DNA from: Massalongia carnosa | Taxonomy: Eukaryota | Assembly (NCBI GenBank): GCA_965645245.1 | Contig: OZ287069.1 | Location: forward strand, 620,001-684,000 | Reading direction: 5' to 3' | Length of the DNA stretch: 64,000 bases | Shown: piece by piece, positions 11,529 through 25,228 of the stretch | Layout of the letters: the number at the start of each line of letters is the position of its first letter | Numbering within the stretch: the stretch's first letter is position 1 | Notes under the pieces: generated by a model | What the model saw: only the letters and a program-made list of their open reading frames with translations | Database searches by the model: none | Told to the model about the DNA's origin: nothing | Position numbers and translations under genes: made by a program

Positions 11529-14500
11529 ATGGAGGAATCAACTCGCATACTTCTCTTTGGTGACCAGACGGGCGACTATCGAACGATATTCCGTCAAGTC
11601 TTGCACATCAAAGACAACACCGTCTTGACGTCTTTTTTCGAAAAGGCCTATGCCGCTCTTCGAGACGAAGTAGCACACCAACCTCGGGCTGTGAGAGATC
11701 AGATCTCAGGGTTTACTAGCATTGCAGATCTGGTGGCCCGATACTCTGACTCTACCGGCGCCAAATCTAATCCCGTTGAGAGCGCGCTAACCTGTATCTC
11801 TCAAATTGCTTGCTTTATATGGTGAGAACTGCTGCTGAGCTCCCTAGGTGTGAAGGCAATGATCTTAACCTCCTTACAGTCATCAAGCAAGCTTATCGGA
11901 AGAATACCCATCACCATCTGACACACGTATCATTGGCTCATGCACAGGTCTCTTAGCAGCCGCAGCTGTGAGCTCGTCTCAAAGCGTCATTGAACTTCTC
12001 CCTGCAGCCATTGAAGCCATAACGATCGCTTTTCGTATAGGAGTGCTGGTAACAGAAGTCCGCAATCAGATAGAACAGGACGGTGATGATTCGCCCAGTT
12101 GGTCAGCTGTTGTGTCTGGATTTCAAGAGTCCGACGCGCTCAAAACACTCGAGAAATTTCATAATGAGAAGGTAAAATCAAAACAATCCTAGCGGGCTTC
12201 AATCTCCTGACAAAGACTTTTTTAGTGTATACCAACATCTAGCCAAGCATACATAAGTGCCATCAGTCCAAGCGCCCTGACTATCAGTGGGCCACATCTG
12301 GTGTTGGACCAGTTGTTCGAGTCCGCGGAGCTCAACACGGTCAAGGCGATTAGACTACCCATCTATGGCCCTTTTCATGCGGCCCATCTTTACAATGAGG
12401 ATATTATACAAGCACTTCTGCGTCCAGAAATTGACATATTAAACTCCCAAGTTCCTAGAATTCCTGTACTGTCAACAGAAACGGGAGACTGGATTGCTAC
12501 GGCCACTTTTGGTCAAATGTTGGATGTGATAATTCACGACATACTTGTACGCACTCTGCATTGGGACACAGTACTAGAAAGCGTCACTTCAGCTATAAAA
12601 GAGTCTGGTCGTTCACGATGTATTATTCTTCCATTAGGGCCTTCAAACGCAGGCTCGAGTTTAGTGTCAACCCTTAGACAGAACAAAGATATCGAAACCG
12701 TGCTGGATGATCGATTCATTGCGGATATCAAAGATCTTGGGCCAGATGAATCGTCCGGTAGATCGTCGCATTCGAAGATTGCCATTTGTGGCCTGTCGGG
12801 AAGATTTCCCGATGCAGCGAATCATGAAGCATTTTGGAATTTGCTAGAGAGAGGGTTGGATCTTCATCGGGAGGTTCCTAAGGATCGATTTGACATAGCA
12901 ACTCATGTGGATGCCGATGGCAAAAGAACTAACACCAGCCACACCCCTTTCGGATGTTTTATTGAAAATCCTGGGTTATTTGACCCAAAATTCTTTGGTA
13001 TATCGCCACGAGAAGCAATGCAAACGGATCCTATGCAACGGCTTGCGTTGGTCACGGCGTACGAAGCTCTCGAGATGTCAGGATATGTTCCTAACAGGAC
13101 TCCCTCCACACAGCTCGACCGAATCGGGACGTTTTATGGGCAAACAAGTGATGACTGGAGAGAAATCCAAGCCGCTCAAAAAGTCGATACTTATTTTATT
13201 CCTGGAGGAGTACGTGCTTTTGGACCTGGACGTATTAATTATCATTTCAAGTTCAGTGGGCCAAGTTTCAATATCGATACCGCATGCTCCTCCAGCCTAG
13301 CAGCCATTCAACTAGCATGCACTTCATTGTGGGCTAACGATTGTGATACTGCTGTTGCAGGTGGTATGAATGTCCTGACAAACCCAGGTAAGGCGCTACC
13401 TAACTTGGGCAAGCATCTTGCCTTCCATTTGCTTACTTTTACTCTCATGTTCAAATTGTTCCATAATTTATGCTGCGTCTAACACTTCACAGATATTTTC
13501 AGCGGCCTTAGTCGTGGACAATTCTTGTCAAAAAAGGGACCATGTCAAACATTCGATGATGAAGCTGATGGATATTGTAGAGCCGATGGGGTGGGAACTG
13601 TCATACTCAAAAGATTAGAAGATGCTCAGGCCGACAAAGATCCAATTCTTGCAGTAATTTTAGGCGCTGCTACTAATCATTCTGCTGAAGCCGTTTCAAT
13701 CACTCATCCTCATGCGGGTGCACAGGAGTTTCTCTACAAGAAGGTTTTGAATGCAGCTGGTGTGGATCCTCATGATGTCAGTTATGTCGAAATGCATGGG
13801 ACTGGAACTCAGGCAGGTGACGCTACAGAAATGCGTTCCGTAACTAATGCCTTTGCACCTTCAAATCGCCGAAGACGTGCGGATCAGAAACTATATCTTG
13901 GAGCTGTTAAGGCAAATGCCGGACATGGCGAAGCCGCGTCCGGAATAACATCTTTGATCAAAATACTCATGATGCTAGAAAAGAACATGATACCTCCACA
14001 CTGCGGAATAAAAGGAAAAATAAATCGCACCTTTCCCAAGGACCTCGAAGAACGAAATGTACATATTGCTTTCGAGCCTACTCCGTGGCTGCGACCAAAA
14101 GGGCAAGAGCGCCGCCTTTTCCTCAACAATTTCAGTGCCGCTGGTGGCAACACTGCCTTGTTGTTGGAAGATGGTCCTCCAGCTGTACTCAAGGAGACGA
14201 CTGATCCTCGCTCACATCATATCGTTGCGGTTTCGGCGAAGAGCAAGCTTTCGCTAAAGGAGAATATTCAGGCTTTGATCGCAATTCTGGATGGGTCTGC
14301 GGTGGATCTACCTAGCTTGTCATACACTGTAAGATTCACCTAAATTTTGCTGTCTGATAGACTATATTAACATGCTGTAGACTACCGCACGACGCATCCA
14401 GCACAACTACCGGGTAGCTGTTGCAGGCCCTGACATTAGAAAGATAAAAGAATCTTTATCTTCATCCGTCGACCAAGAAGTCTCCCAAGTTCTTCCCGGA

Positions 14501-17500
14501 AAACAAACAATCATTTTTGTCTTTACCGGTCAAGGTTCTCAGTATATCACCATGGGAAGGCAGCTTTTTGAGACAAGCCCGCCATTCCAGACAAACGTAA
14601 AGCAATATGATAGCATCTGTACTAGCCAAGGATTTCCGTCGTTTCAGCCTTTGATCGATGGTAGCGTCACCGACATCCAGACTCTTAGTCCAGTAATTGT
14701 ACAGCTGGGCGCAGTTTGTGTGCAGATCGCACTTCTCAAGCTTCTGAGCTCCTGGGGAGTGAATCCAACTGCGGTGGTCGGCCACAGTCTAGGCGAGTAC
14801 GGTGCACTTTGTGCCGCCGGCGTTTTGTCTATCAGCGACACCATATCCTTGGTGGGAGAACGAGCGAGGCTACTTGAAGCCAAATGCCACGCGGGAAGCC
14901 ATTGTATGCTTGCTGTGAAAGGATCTGTGGCTTCAATCGGCCATCTGCTAGACGGACAGACCTTTGAGATTGCCTGTATCAACGCACCTGAAGAGACGGT
15001 CATCAGCGGTACCAATATCAACATCGACTTATTGTCTGAGGAGCTCAAGGAGAGAGGTTTCAAATATACCAAGTTAGCCGTTCCATATGCCTATCACTCT
15101 ACCCAGGTAGAACCTATTTTGGAAGAATTTGAGGCGTTGGCAAAAGGGGTTACATTCAAGCCTCCTACAATTCCTGTTATCTCGCCACTTAAAAACAAAG
15201 TGATCACAGATGGGGGTGTTTTTGATCCATTCTATCTGCGCCGTCATTGCCGTGAAACCGTTAATTTCCTCGGCGGCATGGAGGCTGCGAAACACTCTGG
15301 TGTTGTAGCCGAGAACACGCTCTGGGTTGAGATTGGATGTCATCCCATATGCTTGAATATGATCAAGGCAACGTTTGGACCTATTAAGGCAACTCCTACT
15401 CTTCGCCGCAATGAGGACAACTGGAAAGTTCTTACAAGTAGTTTATGCGCACTGCACGTGGCAGGGGTGAACGTTGACTGGAGTGAATATCATCGGAATT
15501 ACGACTCAAGCCATGAGCTGCTTCGGCTCCCAACCTACCGATGGGATAATAAAAATTACTGGATTGACTATACTAACGACTGGTGCCTTGCTAAAGGTGA
15601 CGCTAAGAGAGCCGCGGAGATACCACTACAAAAGTCCAAATTATCCAATACGTCGGTGCATCGAATCGTGGACGAGGATTTCACCGACGAGGGTGCTTCG
15701 ATCGTTGTAGAATCGGATCTTGCTGAGCCTGAGTTGAAGGAAGTGATCAAAGGCCACGAAGTGAATGGTTTTGGGCTTTGCCCACCCGTAAGTTTCGACT
15801 CCCTTTCATCACTCTCGTGGCTTATTTTACGATTGATTCTTTAAAAAAATACGGCGCATTAACTATTTCACTGCTAACTGAGCATTAGTCGCTCTATGCT
15901 GAGATGGCTTTGACGACCGCCGAGTACATTTACAAGCAGTGGAAGCATGATGTCGATCGTGTGGATATGAATGTCTGCAATATGAAAGTTGAAAAACCTC
16001 TCATCGCAGAGGATAAAGAGCATCAGCCTTTGCACGTGGCTGGGAAAGCAGATTTTTTGACCGCGAAAGTTAACTTTACTTATTATAGCGTCAATGACGA
16101 AGGCAAGAAGACTATCACCCATGCCACATGCTCTGTTAAATATGAAGATGCCAAATCTTGGCTGGCAGGGTGGGAGCGAAGCCAGCATTTGGTTATTTCT
16201 CGGGTCGAAAGCCTCCTGAGTGGAGTGCAAAATGGCGGCAATCATCAGATCAAGCGCAGTATGGCTTATAAGCTTTTTGGAGGCCTAATTCATTACGGCC
16301 CGAAATATCGCGGCATGGAAGAAGTGATTCTCAACGATCCCGGCCTTGAAGCAACATCTACCGTTGCCTTCGCACCAGGTGCGAACGGGACCAATTTTTA
16401 CATCAGCCCGTACGTCATTGATAGCGTGGCACATTTATCGGGCTTCATCATGCTTGCAAACGAGTCGGCGGATCCTTCGAAGAACGTCTATGTTAGTCAT
16501 GGATGGGAGACATGCCGTTTCGCTCGCCCTTTTACCATGGAAAAGAAATATCGAGCCTACGTAAAGATGCAAGAGACTTCTGCAAAGATTGTGGTTGGAG
16601 ATGTATACGTTTTTGAGGAAAACACAATCATTGCACTTGTTGAGGGTCTTCAGGTATGGGGTTTCTTGTGCTATTTGCTGACTATCAATGACTAACTGCT
16701 GTCGAAGTTTCATTTACTCCCCCGGCAACTTATGGATTCAATTCTATCTGCTGCCGGTGGAAAAACTAAAGCGGGTGTATCCTATAAACCTAGCCCTGCC
16801 ACTAAATCTAGTCCAGCCTCACAAGCAAAAACGGGTTCAAAAGCAACATCCGCGGCCAAAGTCACCCCGCTCCCGAAGGTAAAATCTTCTAAAGCTGCTC
16901 CTCTTTTTAAATTTTCAAGCGGAGTAACTACCAAGGCATTGGGGATTTGTGCAGAGGAGATTGGGATCTCGGTGTCCGACCTATCGGATCAAAGCTCCTT
17001 CGCCGAGTTGGGTGTTGACTCACTACTTTCGCTTACGGTATCTGGCAAATTCCGTGAACTTCTCGATGTCGAGATTCCTTCCTCCTTGTTTGTGGACTAT
17101 CCAACGGTGAAAGACTTGAAACAATACCTCACACAATTTGATCCAGAGGATTCCAGCCAGGAAAGACCCCTCGATGCGAGTAGAGCAAGTTCTGCAGAAC
17201 TATCTACAGAGCTTACTTCCGGAGCTACAACTCCTGCCTTGGAGACTGGTTCGCAGTCTTCTATAAGTTCTGACGAAGATTCCGTGGGGCCTAAGAGCAA
17301 CGGTGGACAACTAGCAACAACGATCAAATCCACGGTAGCGGACGAATTAGGGGTACCAGCTGGGGAGATTGGTGCAGCAACAGATCTTGCAGAACTGGGT
17401 ATGGACTCATTGATGTCTCTATCAGTGTTGGGCAAGCTGCGAGAAGAAACAGGAGAGGACCTTCCTTCGGATTTCTTCACAGAACACACAACTCTTGGCG

Positions 17501-18451
17501 ACATTGAGAAGAGCTTCCAAAGCGATTCTCAACCGCAAAGTCCGACAAGGCAGGAAGATGAGAGCAACCGCGAAAGTAAGCCCGCTAACAAGTCTCCTCC
17601 TGCAACGTCAATCCTAATGCAAGGAAATCCGAAGACTGCCTCTAGGAATCTCTTCCTCTTCCCCGACGGTTCTGGCTCTGCAACGTAAGCCGTTTCTTGG
17701 TCGGTATGCTAACATAACGCTGACATCCCATCTGCGAAGGTCTTATGCTCAAATCCCACCCATTTCTGATGATCTTGCTGTCTACGGCCTAAATTGCCCG
17801 TTCATCAAGAGTCCAGAGGACTACACGATTGGAATCCCCGGCGTTTCGGCGCTCTACCTAGCCGAAGTGCGTCGCCGCCAGCCACACGGCCCGTATATAT
17901 TTGGGGGTTGGTCTGCCGGTGGAGTCTGTGCGTATGAAGTCGCCCTGCAAGCGCTATCTCAAGGGGAGACGGTCGATCGCCTGATCCTTCTCGACGCCCC
18001 GTGTCCCATTCGCCTCGACCCACTTCCCTCGCGCCTACACCATTTCTTTGATTCAATCGGACTGCTTGGCCCGGAAGGAAACCCAAACGGTCCTCCCGGC
18101 TGGCTGCTCCCCCACTTCGATCGTTCCATCGCTAACCTGAGCGCCTACCAACCCACCATCATGGATCCGGCCAAAGCGCCCCGCACCTACGCCATGTGGG
18201 CCTGCGACGGCGTGTGCAAGTTTCCCGAAGATTCGCGACCCGACCCTGAGCAGGAATGCAAGAGCGAGTCGCAGAGCATGAAGTGGCTATTGGACAACCG
18301 CACGGATCTCCAGTTCAACGGATGGGATCGGTTGATCCCGGCGGATCGGTTCGTCGGCTTGGAGAGCGTGCCCGACACCAACCATTTCACCATCATGCGC
18401 AAGCCAGCGACCAGGGAGGTGGGGGCGTTTATCAAGCGGGCTTTGGAGTAA
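11529..18451 (+). CDS. Non-reducing iterative type I polyketide synthase SAT-KS-AT-PT-ACP-ACP-TE, about 2147 aa, melanin/T4HN-type motifs
   Basis: Introns at 11822-11879, 12172-12225, 13388-13492, 14329-14380, 15788-15888, 16654-16707 and 17685-17739 give a continuous 6444-nt frame. Motifs: SAT LLFGDQT and [49 protein letters not shown]...DSVAHLSG; ACPs LGVDSL and LGMDSL; TE GWSAGG, LDAPCP, NHFTIM. Confidence 0.97.
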
Positions 18452-18999
18452 TCTAGGGGGCCAGGCTGTAGGGATTTCTTAGTTTATATAGGCGACCAAC
18501 GCATTTCGACTAGTATGTTTATGCATCTACCTAGCTCATTCCCCGCCTCGGACGATGTGGTGGAACGAAGTATGAAGCATCCCCAACGTCTCATTTCTTT
18601 CCTTGCTTTTGATGATTCGTCCATCATCCCAATACTCGCCCACCGTAGGTACTAAATGAGTTCCGCGACTTTATCGCTCTGTGCCAACCCCAACTCCCTC
18701 CAAATAACAAGAGCGGTACAAAATTGAATTAAGAGGCCAGCAGAAGAGAATTGTACTCTCGAATCAGCTAGACTTCGATCTATTCGCATAAAGGGTATAC
18801 CGAGTCCGTAACGCCGTGCGATGTAGTTCTAGCCAAACACCCCTTACTGTCCGCTTACCTCTGCTATCGCCAAACCTGTCCTAATAACCATAAAGATCGA
18901 CCATACCCCACCGCTCCAAAGCTTTCCCAATCTCAACGACAACATCCCGAAGCAAGCGAATGTTATGAGAAATCTAAAAACACTCTTCATGACGGCGGA

Positions 19000-20790
19000 T
19001 CAATGGCCATGGCTGCCGTCGCTCAGTTCACGCCGCTGTGACTCTTTCGTTGTCGCAATCTTTTTTGGTTGTGTTTTTGAACGTTTAGCCGGAGGTATGT
19101 AGTCCAGTATGAGCTCATCCGTTGAAGTCTCAAAGTCTTGAAGGATAACAGTTGCGTTTAGGCCTTGATTCGGCGAGGGTTGAGACTCTGGGCTCAAAGA
19201 ATCGATTGTGGAGAGCTCATCTTGGGAAGCCTCACTTGTGAAGCCTGGAACCGGGCCAAAATTTGCATCAACAGTTGGCGTTCCTACCTGATTATCATGT
19301 ACCCTCTGGTTCGCATTTTTGATTGCCTCCTCCCTCTGCTCCTTTGCCCAGTCTCTCGCGTTCCTGAACGCACTAGCTCCTTGCCGAAATGTTTCGAGAT
19401 TGCCCTTCATGCCCCAGGCGTTGATCTGGGTCATATAATACTCAGGCCGACCTCCAGAATTAGTTGGCTGAGAGAGATGGCTGGTGTACAATATAAGCTG
19501 GCCACCATGATAAGTTGATGTAATAGTATAAGCATTGTTGTCATGGAAAGATCCGTCTTGCCCATATAACTGCAGATTCTGCATGGCCTCTCGTTCCTAA
19601 TGCACCGTCGTAGCTGGCCTGTCGTTCAGCCATCGCTAATGATCCATCTGGCCCCTTCGCCGCTAAGAAAAAATTTGGTGCAATGGGAAGATCATCCTGT
19701 GTCGAAGGAATAATACGGTCACTAAGCTCACTACGGACTTTTCGGTCGAGTTGTTCTGGACGTGCGCCATAGTAGAGGTCCGGATTACCAGGCACAAGTG
19801 TGCCGTCCGTCAGATGATCGAGGTTTGTGAACGGGATTCCTCCTGAGACGCATTTAGCGTCCCCGACCTCACCTTCAATGATTGGAATCACTGATGTTGT
19901 TATCTGTTTCTCTTTAAAGGCATGTGCATTCAATCGTTTAAATTTTCTGAAGTCCGCCTCAGAAAATTGCGATGGTGATAGAGAGGCTCGAGATTGTGCC
20001 AGTCTTTGATTGATCTCTTCCCAGTTATTCGGTTGTGGCGGAACCTGTCCACCAGGGTACTCGTATTCATCGGGGTAAACGCCACCATCAATGAGGTTCT
20101 GTTGAAAATTGCGGTCATAGGGACCCGTGCTCTTAGGAATCGTGGTATTCGTAGTGGGTGTCTTATTCGAGGTAGACATCGGATAACGTTTTCGACCCCG
20201 AGAACTGGGCTGGTTTAAGCTCATCCTGAGATCAAGAGAATATTTAGGGTTCAAACACTAGCGGGAGAGAGTGGTCAGGCTCTGGTAGCTAACAGATAAT
20301 TGGCAATACATTACCCCCTTAAGTCCGAGAGATCTGGACCGCCGTGTCTGGCAAATAGCTTTATGTTCTTTGCACACTTTGACGCAGCATCATCGAAAAG
20401 TTCAGTGGCAAATTGAGTGGGTTGGCGATGTGAACAAGGCAAGCTTGAAGCAGGTTGGCTAGTCCTTCGACCTAATTCTCTCAAGGCGCGTTTGGTTAAC
20501 CAACCTTTCGATAAGTTGTCCCAAAATGCGGGCGGTGGTTGAGATCCGCTGGGACAACTGAGCTTCTGCTTTTTCGGCGGAGGCTGTGATGTTTGATTCA
20601 GTTGACGCGGACGCTGCTCCGAGAGTTTTCGCTTGCGGGGATTGGGAAGTTGTGGTCCGGACATATGACAATCATCGATCACAGGGTCGCCAGATTCTTC
20701 TAGGTATGAAGATGGAAGGACAGGTTGGATCATGAACAGGTGGGCCCCCATGAAGGTTGATGTTGCGAGCCATAAGCGATAGTATCCCAA
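19000..20790 (-). pseudogene. Disrupted fungal hypothetical gene, probable PD-(D/E)XK-like fold
   Basis: Three ORF pieces: PPAFWDNLS...ARHGGPDLSDLRG; NPDLYYGARPEQLD...APNFFLAAKGPDGS...RQASYDGALGTRG; MQNLQLYG...NAYTITSTYHGGQL...RQGASAFRNARDWAKEQR. An extra C near 19585 shifts the frame. The intron at about 20258-20314 does not splice in frame either. Confidence 0.7.
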
Positions 20791-21428
20791 AGGAGACTAG
20801 CCTATTTGTATATCTTTCGTATCCATCACTCAACCTTCCATTTCATGAAGAATATCAGATGGAGTAGCAGATGAACAAGTTGTGTCTAAAACAGGAATGC
20901 ATTTGTTATTCTATTCCGAACCGCCAAAGGTTAACTGACGTTTGATAGGCGAGTACGGAATACAAAGCCGTAATAGCACTGAATGCACCGCATTCGGGCC
21001 TTTTGAAGCAAAGCCCGAGCATGTTATCCGGATCGTTCGATGAAAGAAAGCGATCGACGATCCAAGTAATGTCACGGGGTCTGCTTTTTGCAGGGGGGGG
21101 CTCAACTATATAGAGAGCTTTGGGGGCGAGAAACGTGAGCTTGGGAGGAGGAAAGGGATTGGAGGGTGATTACGAGCATCGTTGTTAGCGTTAGTCGTCG
21201 GAGAAAGACAGAAAAAAACCACACTGGTGACCGACACAATGGTCGTTACACAACGCTAAGCCCTCCCTCCGCCCTCCCTCCCGCCCGCCCGTGTCCGATC
21301 TCCCGTCCCGCCATACCGCCATTCATTCATCTAGAACAAATCTTACAACCCTGACCTACCTCATGGAGATCAATTGACTATCGTCGTTACATCGCCCAGA
21401 CGCCCTTCATCCACCCTTTCCATCCCAC

Positions 21429-22709
21429 TCAATACGAATTCGCCTCGTACAGAGCGTGTATATCCCGCTGCAAGCTCTCCACGATATCCCGAAGCCGTCG
21501 ACGCAGGAACGTGACCAACTCGCCGTACACCCGCGCCTCATGCTTGACGGGGCCTGCGCAGAAGCGCACTTGGAACCTCCCTATCAGACCGTCCACCTTG
21601 CGCAGCTCGCTCAGGATCACTTGCAGCTTGATCTGCTCTTCCTCGGCACCTTCCAGCTTATAAGCTCCCAGCGTAATAGGGGTAGATAAGGGCGCCGCAA
21701 CAAAGACGTCCGTGGTGTTGGCATCAGTGGTGGCGGACTGAAGGGACGGGCGCCCGATGGACTGGTAGCGAGACAGGATTTTCGTCAACGCAACGGCGAG
21801 AGTCATGATGGAGGTCGAGTCTCGGGTGCAAGTGCAGGAAAGGATGGTGGCTATGGTGCAGACGGCGGATTTATTGGCCGCAAGAACTTTATCAAATGGA
21901 GTGTTGGACGACTGTTCATGCAGACTGCGCAGAACCGCGAATGCAGTCGAAGCACAGAAGCAGCTCTCTGGCAGCGATGTGTTGTTCGATGTGGCGAGCA
22001 AATCATGGATGGATGGAAAATAGAGCTGAGGGAAGTCGTCCTGAAGGGTCATGCCCTCGGTTGAAAACAAGGATGCCGGTTTTTGAAGAGAGGCGGACTC
22101 CCCTACTCTTTCCCAACCGGCTGATGACTTCTGGCTGGTAAGTGGGAAGTCAGGTATAGATTCAACCGGCGTTGGCAACGAATTGGACGGGGACGAAAAA
22201 TTCGAACCATGGCTTGAGTCGGTGACTTGGAATGGTCGTTGCTGTATCATTAATACCTCCTCTTCGAGATCAATCTCAGGCCGTCGTCTGGCAATTTCTA
22301 AGTCAAAATTCGCACTCCAGCTGTACAGTGAGGGGAGCCCTGAAACATCGCTGGTCGACGAAGGATCTGAGGTCTGAGCCGCAGTACCACCCTGGTACTT
22401 GGGGACTCCAGGCACCTGTTGATCTTCACGAATTCGTCTGGGTTTTCCCACTCTTTGAGATGGGCTGTACTTGCATAGCACACTGTGGTTGGAGCAACGA
22501 ACACATGTAGGCGTTTCCTTGGTGCATTTGACTTTTGACAGGTAGCAGCCGTCGCACGAGGCTCGCAGTCTCCGAGAGTCGGGCTTGGGCAACTGTGATG
22601 AAGCACTGTCCTGCGCCGGTGAATTTTCGTTGCTTCTTTTACACGAATTCTCAAACATGCTGAGGGCACTATCGCTGATGGCAGCCGTCCATGCAAGATT
22701 GGGAGGCAT
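21429..22709 (-). CDS. Zn(II)2Cys6 transcription factor, AflR/MdpE-like cluster regulator
   Basis: LRASCDGCYLSKVKCTKETPTCVRCSNHSVLCKYSPSQRVGKPR binuclear cluster. The C-terminal CxC...ILSCTC...ITLGAYKL...ILSELRKV region is typical of AflR-type regulators. Single 426-aa ORF. Confidence 0.9.
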   Translation of the reverse strand: MPPNLAWTAAISDSALSMFENSCKRSNENSPAQDSASSQLPKPDSRRLRASCDGCYLSKVKCTKETPTCVRCSNHSVLCKYSPSQRVGKPRRIREDQQVPGVPKYQGGTAAQTSDPSSTSDVSGLPSLYSWSANFDLEIARRRPEIDLEEEVLMIQQRPFQVTDSSHGSNFSSPSNSLPTPVESIPDFPLTSQKSSAGWERVGESASLQKPASLFSTEGMTLQDDFPQLYFPSIHDLLATSNNTSLPESCFCASTAFAVLRSLHEQSSNTPFDKVLAANKSAVCTIATILSCTCTRDSTSIMTLAVALTKILSRYQSIGRPSLQSATTDANTTDVFVAAPLSTPITLGAYKLEGAEEEQIKLQVILSELRKVDGLIGRFQVRFCAGPVKHEARVYGELVTFLRRRLRDIVESLQRDIHALYEANSY

Positions 22710-25228
22710 AAAGTCATTATGTGAGGGTTAAAGTCCTCTATGCAGCGTGCGTAGGCCGTGTTCCTTAGTATAAAGATCTTTGATAATCCTCGCTAAGCCT
22801 CATCAACACATTGGAGATTCAAGATTTGATGGTACGATGTTCAGAGGATTGGTTGGAACTGCAGCAAGAAATCATGGTGAACACAGGTGTCATTCGAACG
22901 GGTACCACCCGCCTCAGCCTTGGTTGTCATAAGTAGTAACTGCACGCGCTAGCCAATGCGTTGAATGATGCGGAAGATAAGAACGGAGTGGCATGCATGA
23001 GCTGTAGATTTTCTCGTATTGTCACAGGAATCAACAGGCTTGGGGAGGCTAATTGATGCATTGGCTTTTGCAATCAATAGCGGGCCTGGGGTTCCCCCAC
23101 ACCGTCATTCCTGATCTGACTTGGTAATAGTTTTGGATCATTCTTCAACGAAGCTGGGAGACGTGGAGGTCTAATAAATATCATTGGTAGGATTTGACTC
23201 GGAAAACTTGCTTGTTAGGTTTGTCATATGAGCCGTTTTACCCATTCAAGTAATCAGTCGAGCGAAGGGACAAGGGCCCATCTACTATAATATTAAGGTG
23301 CAACGCTCAACGTGGGTGCCTAATAAGAATACTGCGCATTTTTGTTTAGCCACAGCCTTACGCTATGCGTAGAGCAGTTTTCTCCCCCAAACTGGAAGAT
23401 CGTCGCCTCATGTGCGGCAGGACCCAAATGCGGAGGTGGGCCAAGTTGCCTAGGTACTAAAGGCTAACTGAAAGATCCCTTAGGTAATATTAGTAATATC
23501 ATTCCCCCTCAACTACCAGTGATACTACCTCCAATGAGGGATATGATAAAGAACGAGCAGAAACCGAGGAGGTCATCAATCTTGCGTGTAAATAGGAGGG
23601 TTAGTTTGGGGGAAAAACTCGATGATTTCAATAGTTCGTGCATCGGAGGAAAGTTTGCAATCCGTTGAATGTCCCGTCTACGACAAAGGTAGTCTTTTTG
23701 AGAAACAGGTACATTGGATGCTGTGGGCGCTCACAATAACAGACATCCCTCTCCCCAGAACTAATGTTAGGCGCTCTAGAAACGATTTCAGGCGGCCTAC
23801 TAGATTCGAAGGCGTGATGAACTGAAGGAAGAAGCCAAAGAATCCGTCAAAGTGGATGGGTTGACATGACATGAGCGCGGAAGGATTGCCCCCAACGGTA
23901 CATCTCCTGACGTACACTTAATCCCTTCCAGAGACATTGTTGCAGGACGTAACTCTTAACTTTTCTTATCTGTTTGAACTCTTCCTAGCTTGTATTTGAG
24001 TAACTATTGCTTATATGTCTTCTGCCAATAGCTAGCAGCCAGCCGACTCGACTCCCGAATCTAAATTAACCCTGAAGCAACAAAAGAGCAAAGCAGCTCG
24101 ACTTTATTATGAGAAGATTGGCTCCAACTCTCCGAGACAGACTTCCAGAAAGTCTTCGTAGGTAAATGCACACAAACCTAAATTTAGGCTCGTGATTCGC
24201 GAGGTGGTTGCTGTACCATTTCCTGCATGAAACACGTGGTTCAGTCATGCTTCGAAAATTGATGGAAGCGGGTTGACATTATGTAAATGCTGCAGGACAC
24301 ATAAACAGCGGTTTAGCAGGGATGGAAGAGGAAACTGATCAACACACTGCTTTGCTGGTGATCTTTCAGTATGTATATATACTTCCTCGGCTAAGAGAAA
24401 TGGTACAATGGCGAGCTTGGTAAACTAAAAGATGTTTCTTGGGTGCTGGGCTCGGTATACAATGGGATTAGTCGGGCTCGCATACATTCATATCCGGTTG
24501 GTTTGCAAGCGAGCTTTGTTATCGGTGGGAATTGGCTCCAAAGCCTAGGCTCGGTGACATCAGTCATGCAAGAGACTGAATATTCGGAACTCCGTACTCC
24601 ATAGAATGTAACGCTGGACTGCAGAAACAAGCCTACTCTTTTGCGCTTTTTACGCCTTTTACGCCTCTTAAGATTTTTACTGGACAGGCTCAAGTGACAG
24701 ACGAAAGGGCACAAAGGAAGGCACGTTGACAATGGTGGTTCAGTATTCCGCCAGCGGCGTTGTTGCACAAGACTTGATTGAGTGCGAGGTTGGTGTATAA
24801 GTTACGCCATTTTAGTCGTATCTTTTAAAATGATACCCTAGCGTCGGCTTTCCCAGTTCTCCATCGCCGAAGTCGAAGTGACGGATCATCAACATTTTCA
24901 GTCTCTTCATAGTATCTTTGATCGCCGTCTATCCACTTATCGCTTTTTATACCCGCCGACCCTAGCATACCGATATTTGAGCATGAGTGAGTTATGATGC
25001 CCGCACAGGCCCGATGTCATAGAATTGTTTGGACGCAGTTTACCCGCACATGTGATCGCCACGAGATCTCTCCATCCCGGAGGAGAGAATGCTAGCAAAA
25101 TATGCCGGAAGGGTTGCCTTCAAGTATTTTCAGCTACCTTTTTATGGAGCCTGCTTCGATATTATCTTCAAATGGATGGACTTCGTCGGTGATTAAGCTG
25201 AGGGCTTAGGTTCTTCTGAGCAGCCAAA

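Noticed and set aside
17740..18451. GC-richer TE exon of the PKS, suggesting a domain swap
   Set aside because: The 3' ends of STE2, the TF, the MFS, REX3 and PHO85 also look GC-richer by eye, so this seems a general trend in the window.
22710..25228. Possible AflS/O-methyltransferase remnant in the TF-MFS divergent spacer
   Set aside because: No translated segment resembled such a protein by eye. A tBLASTn search would be needed to exclude it.
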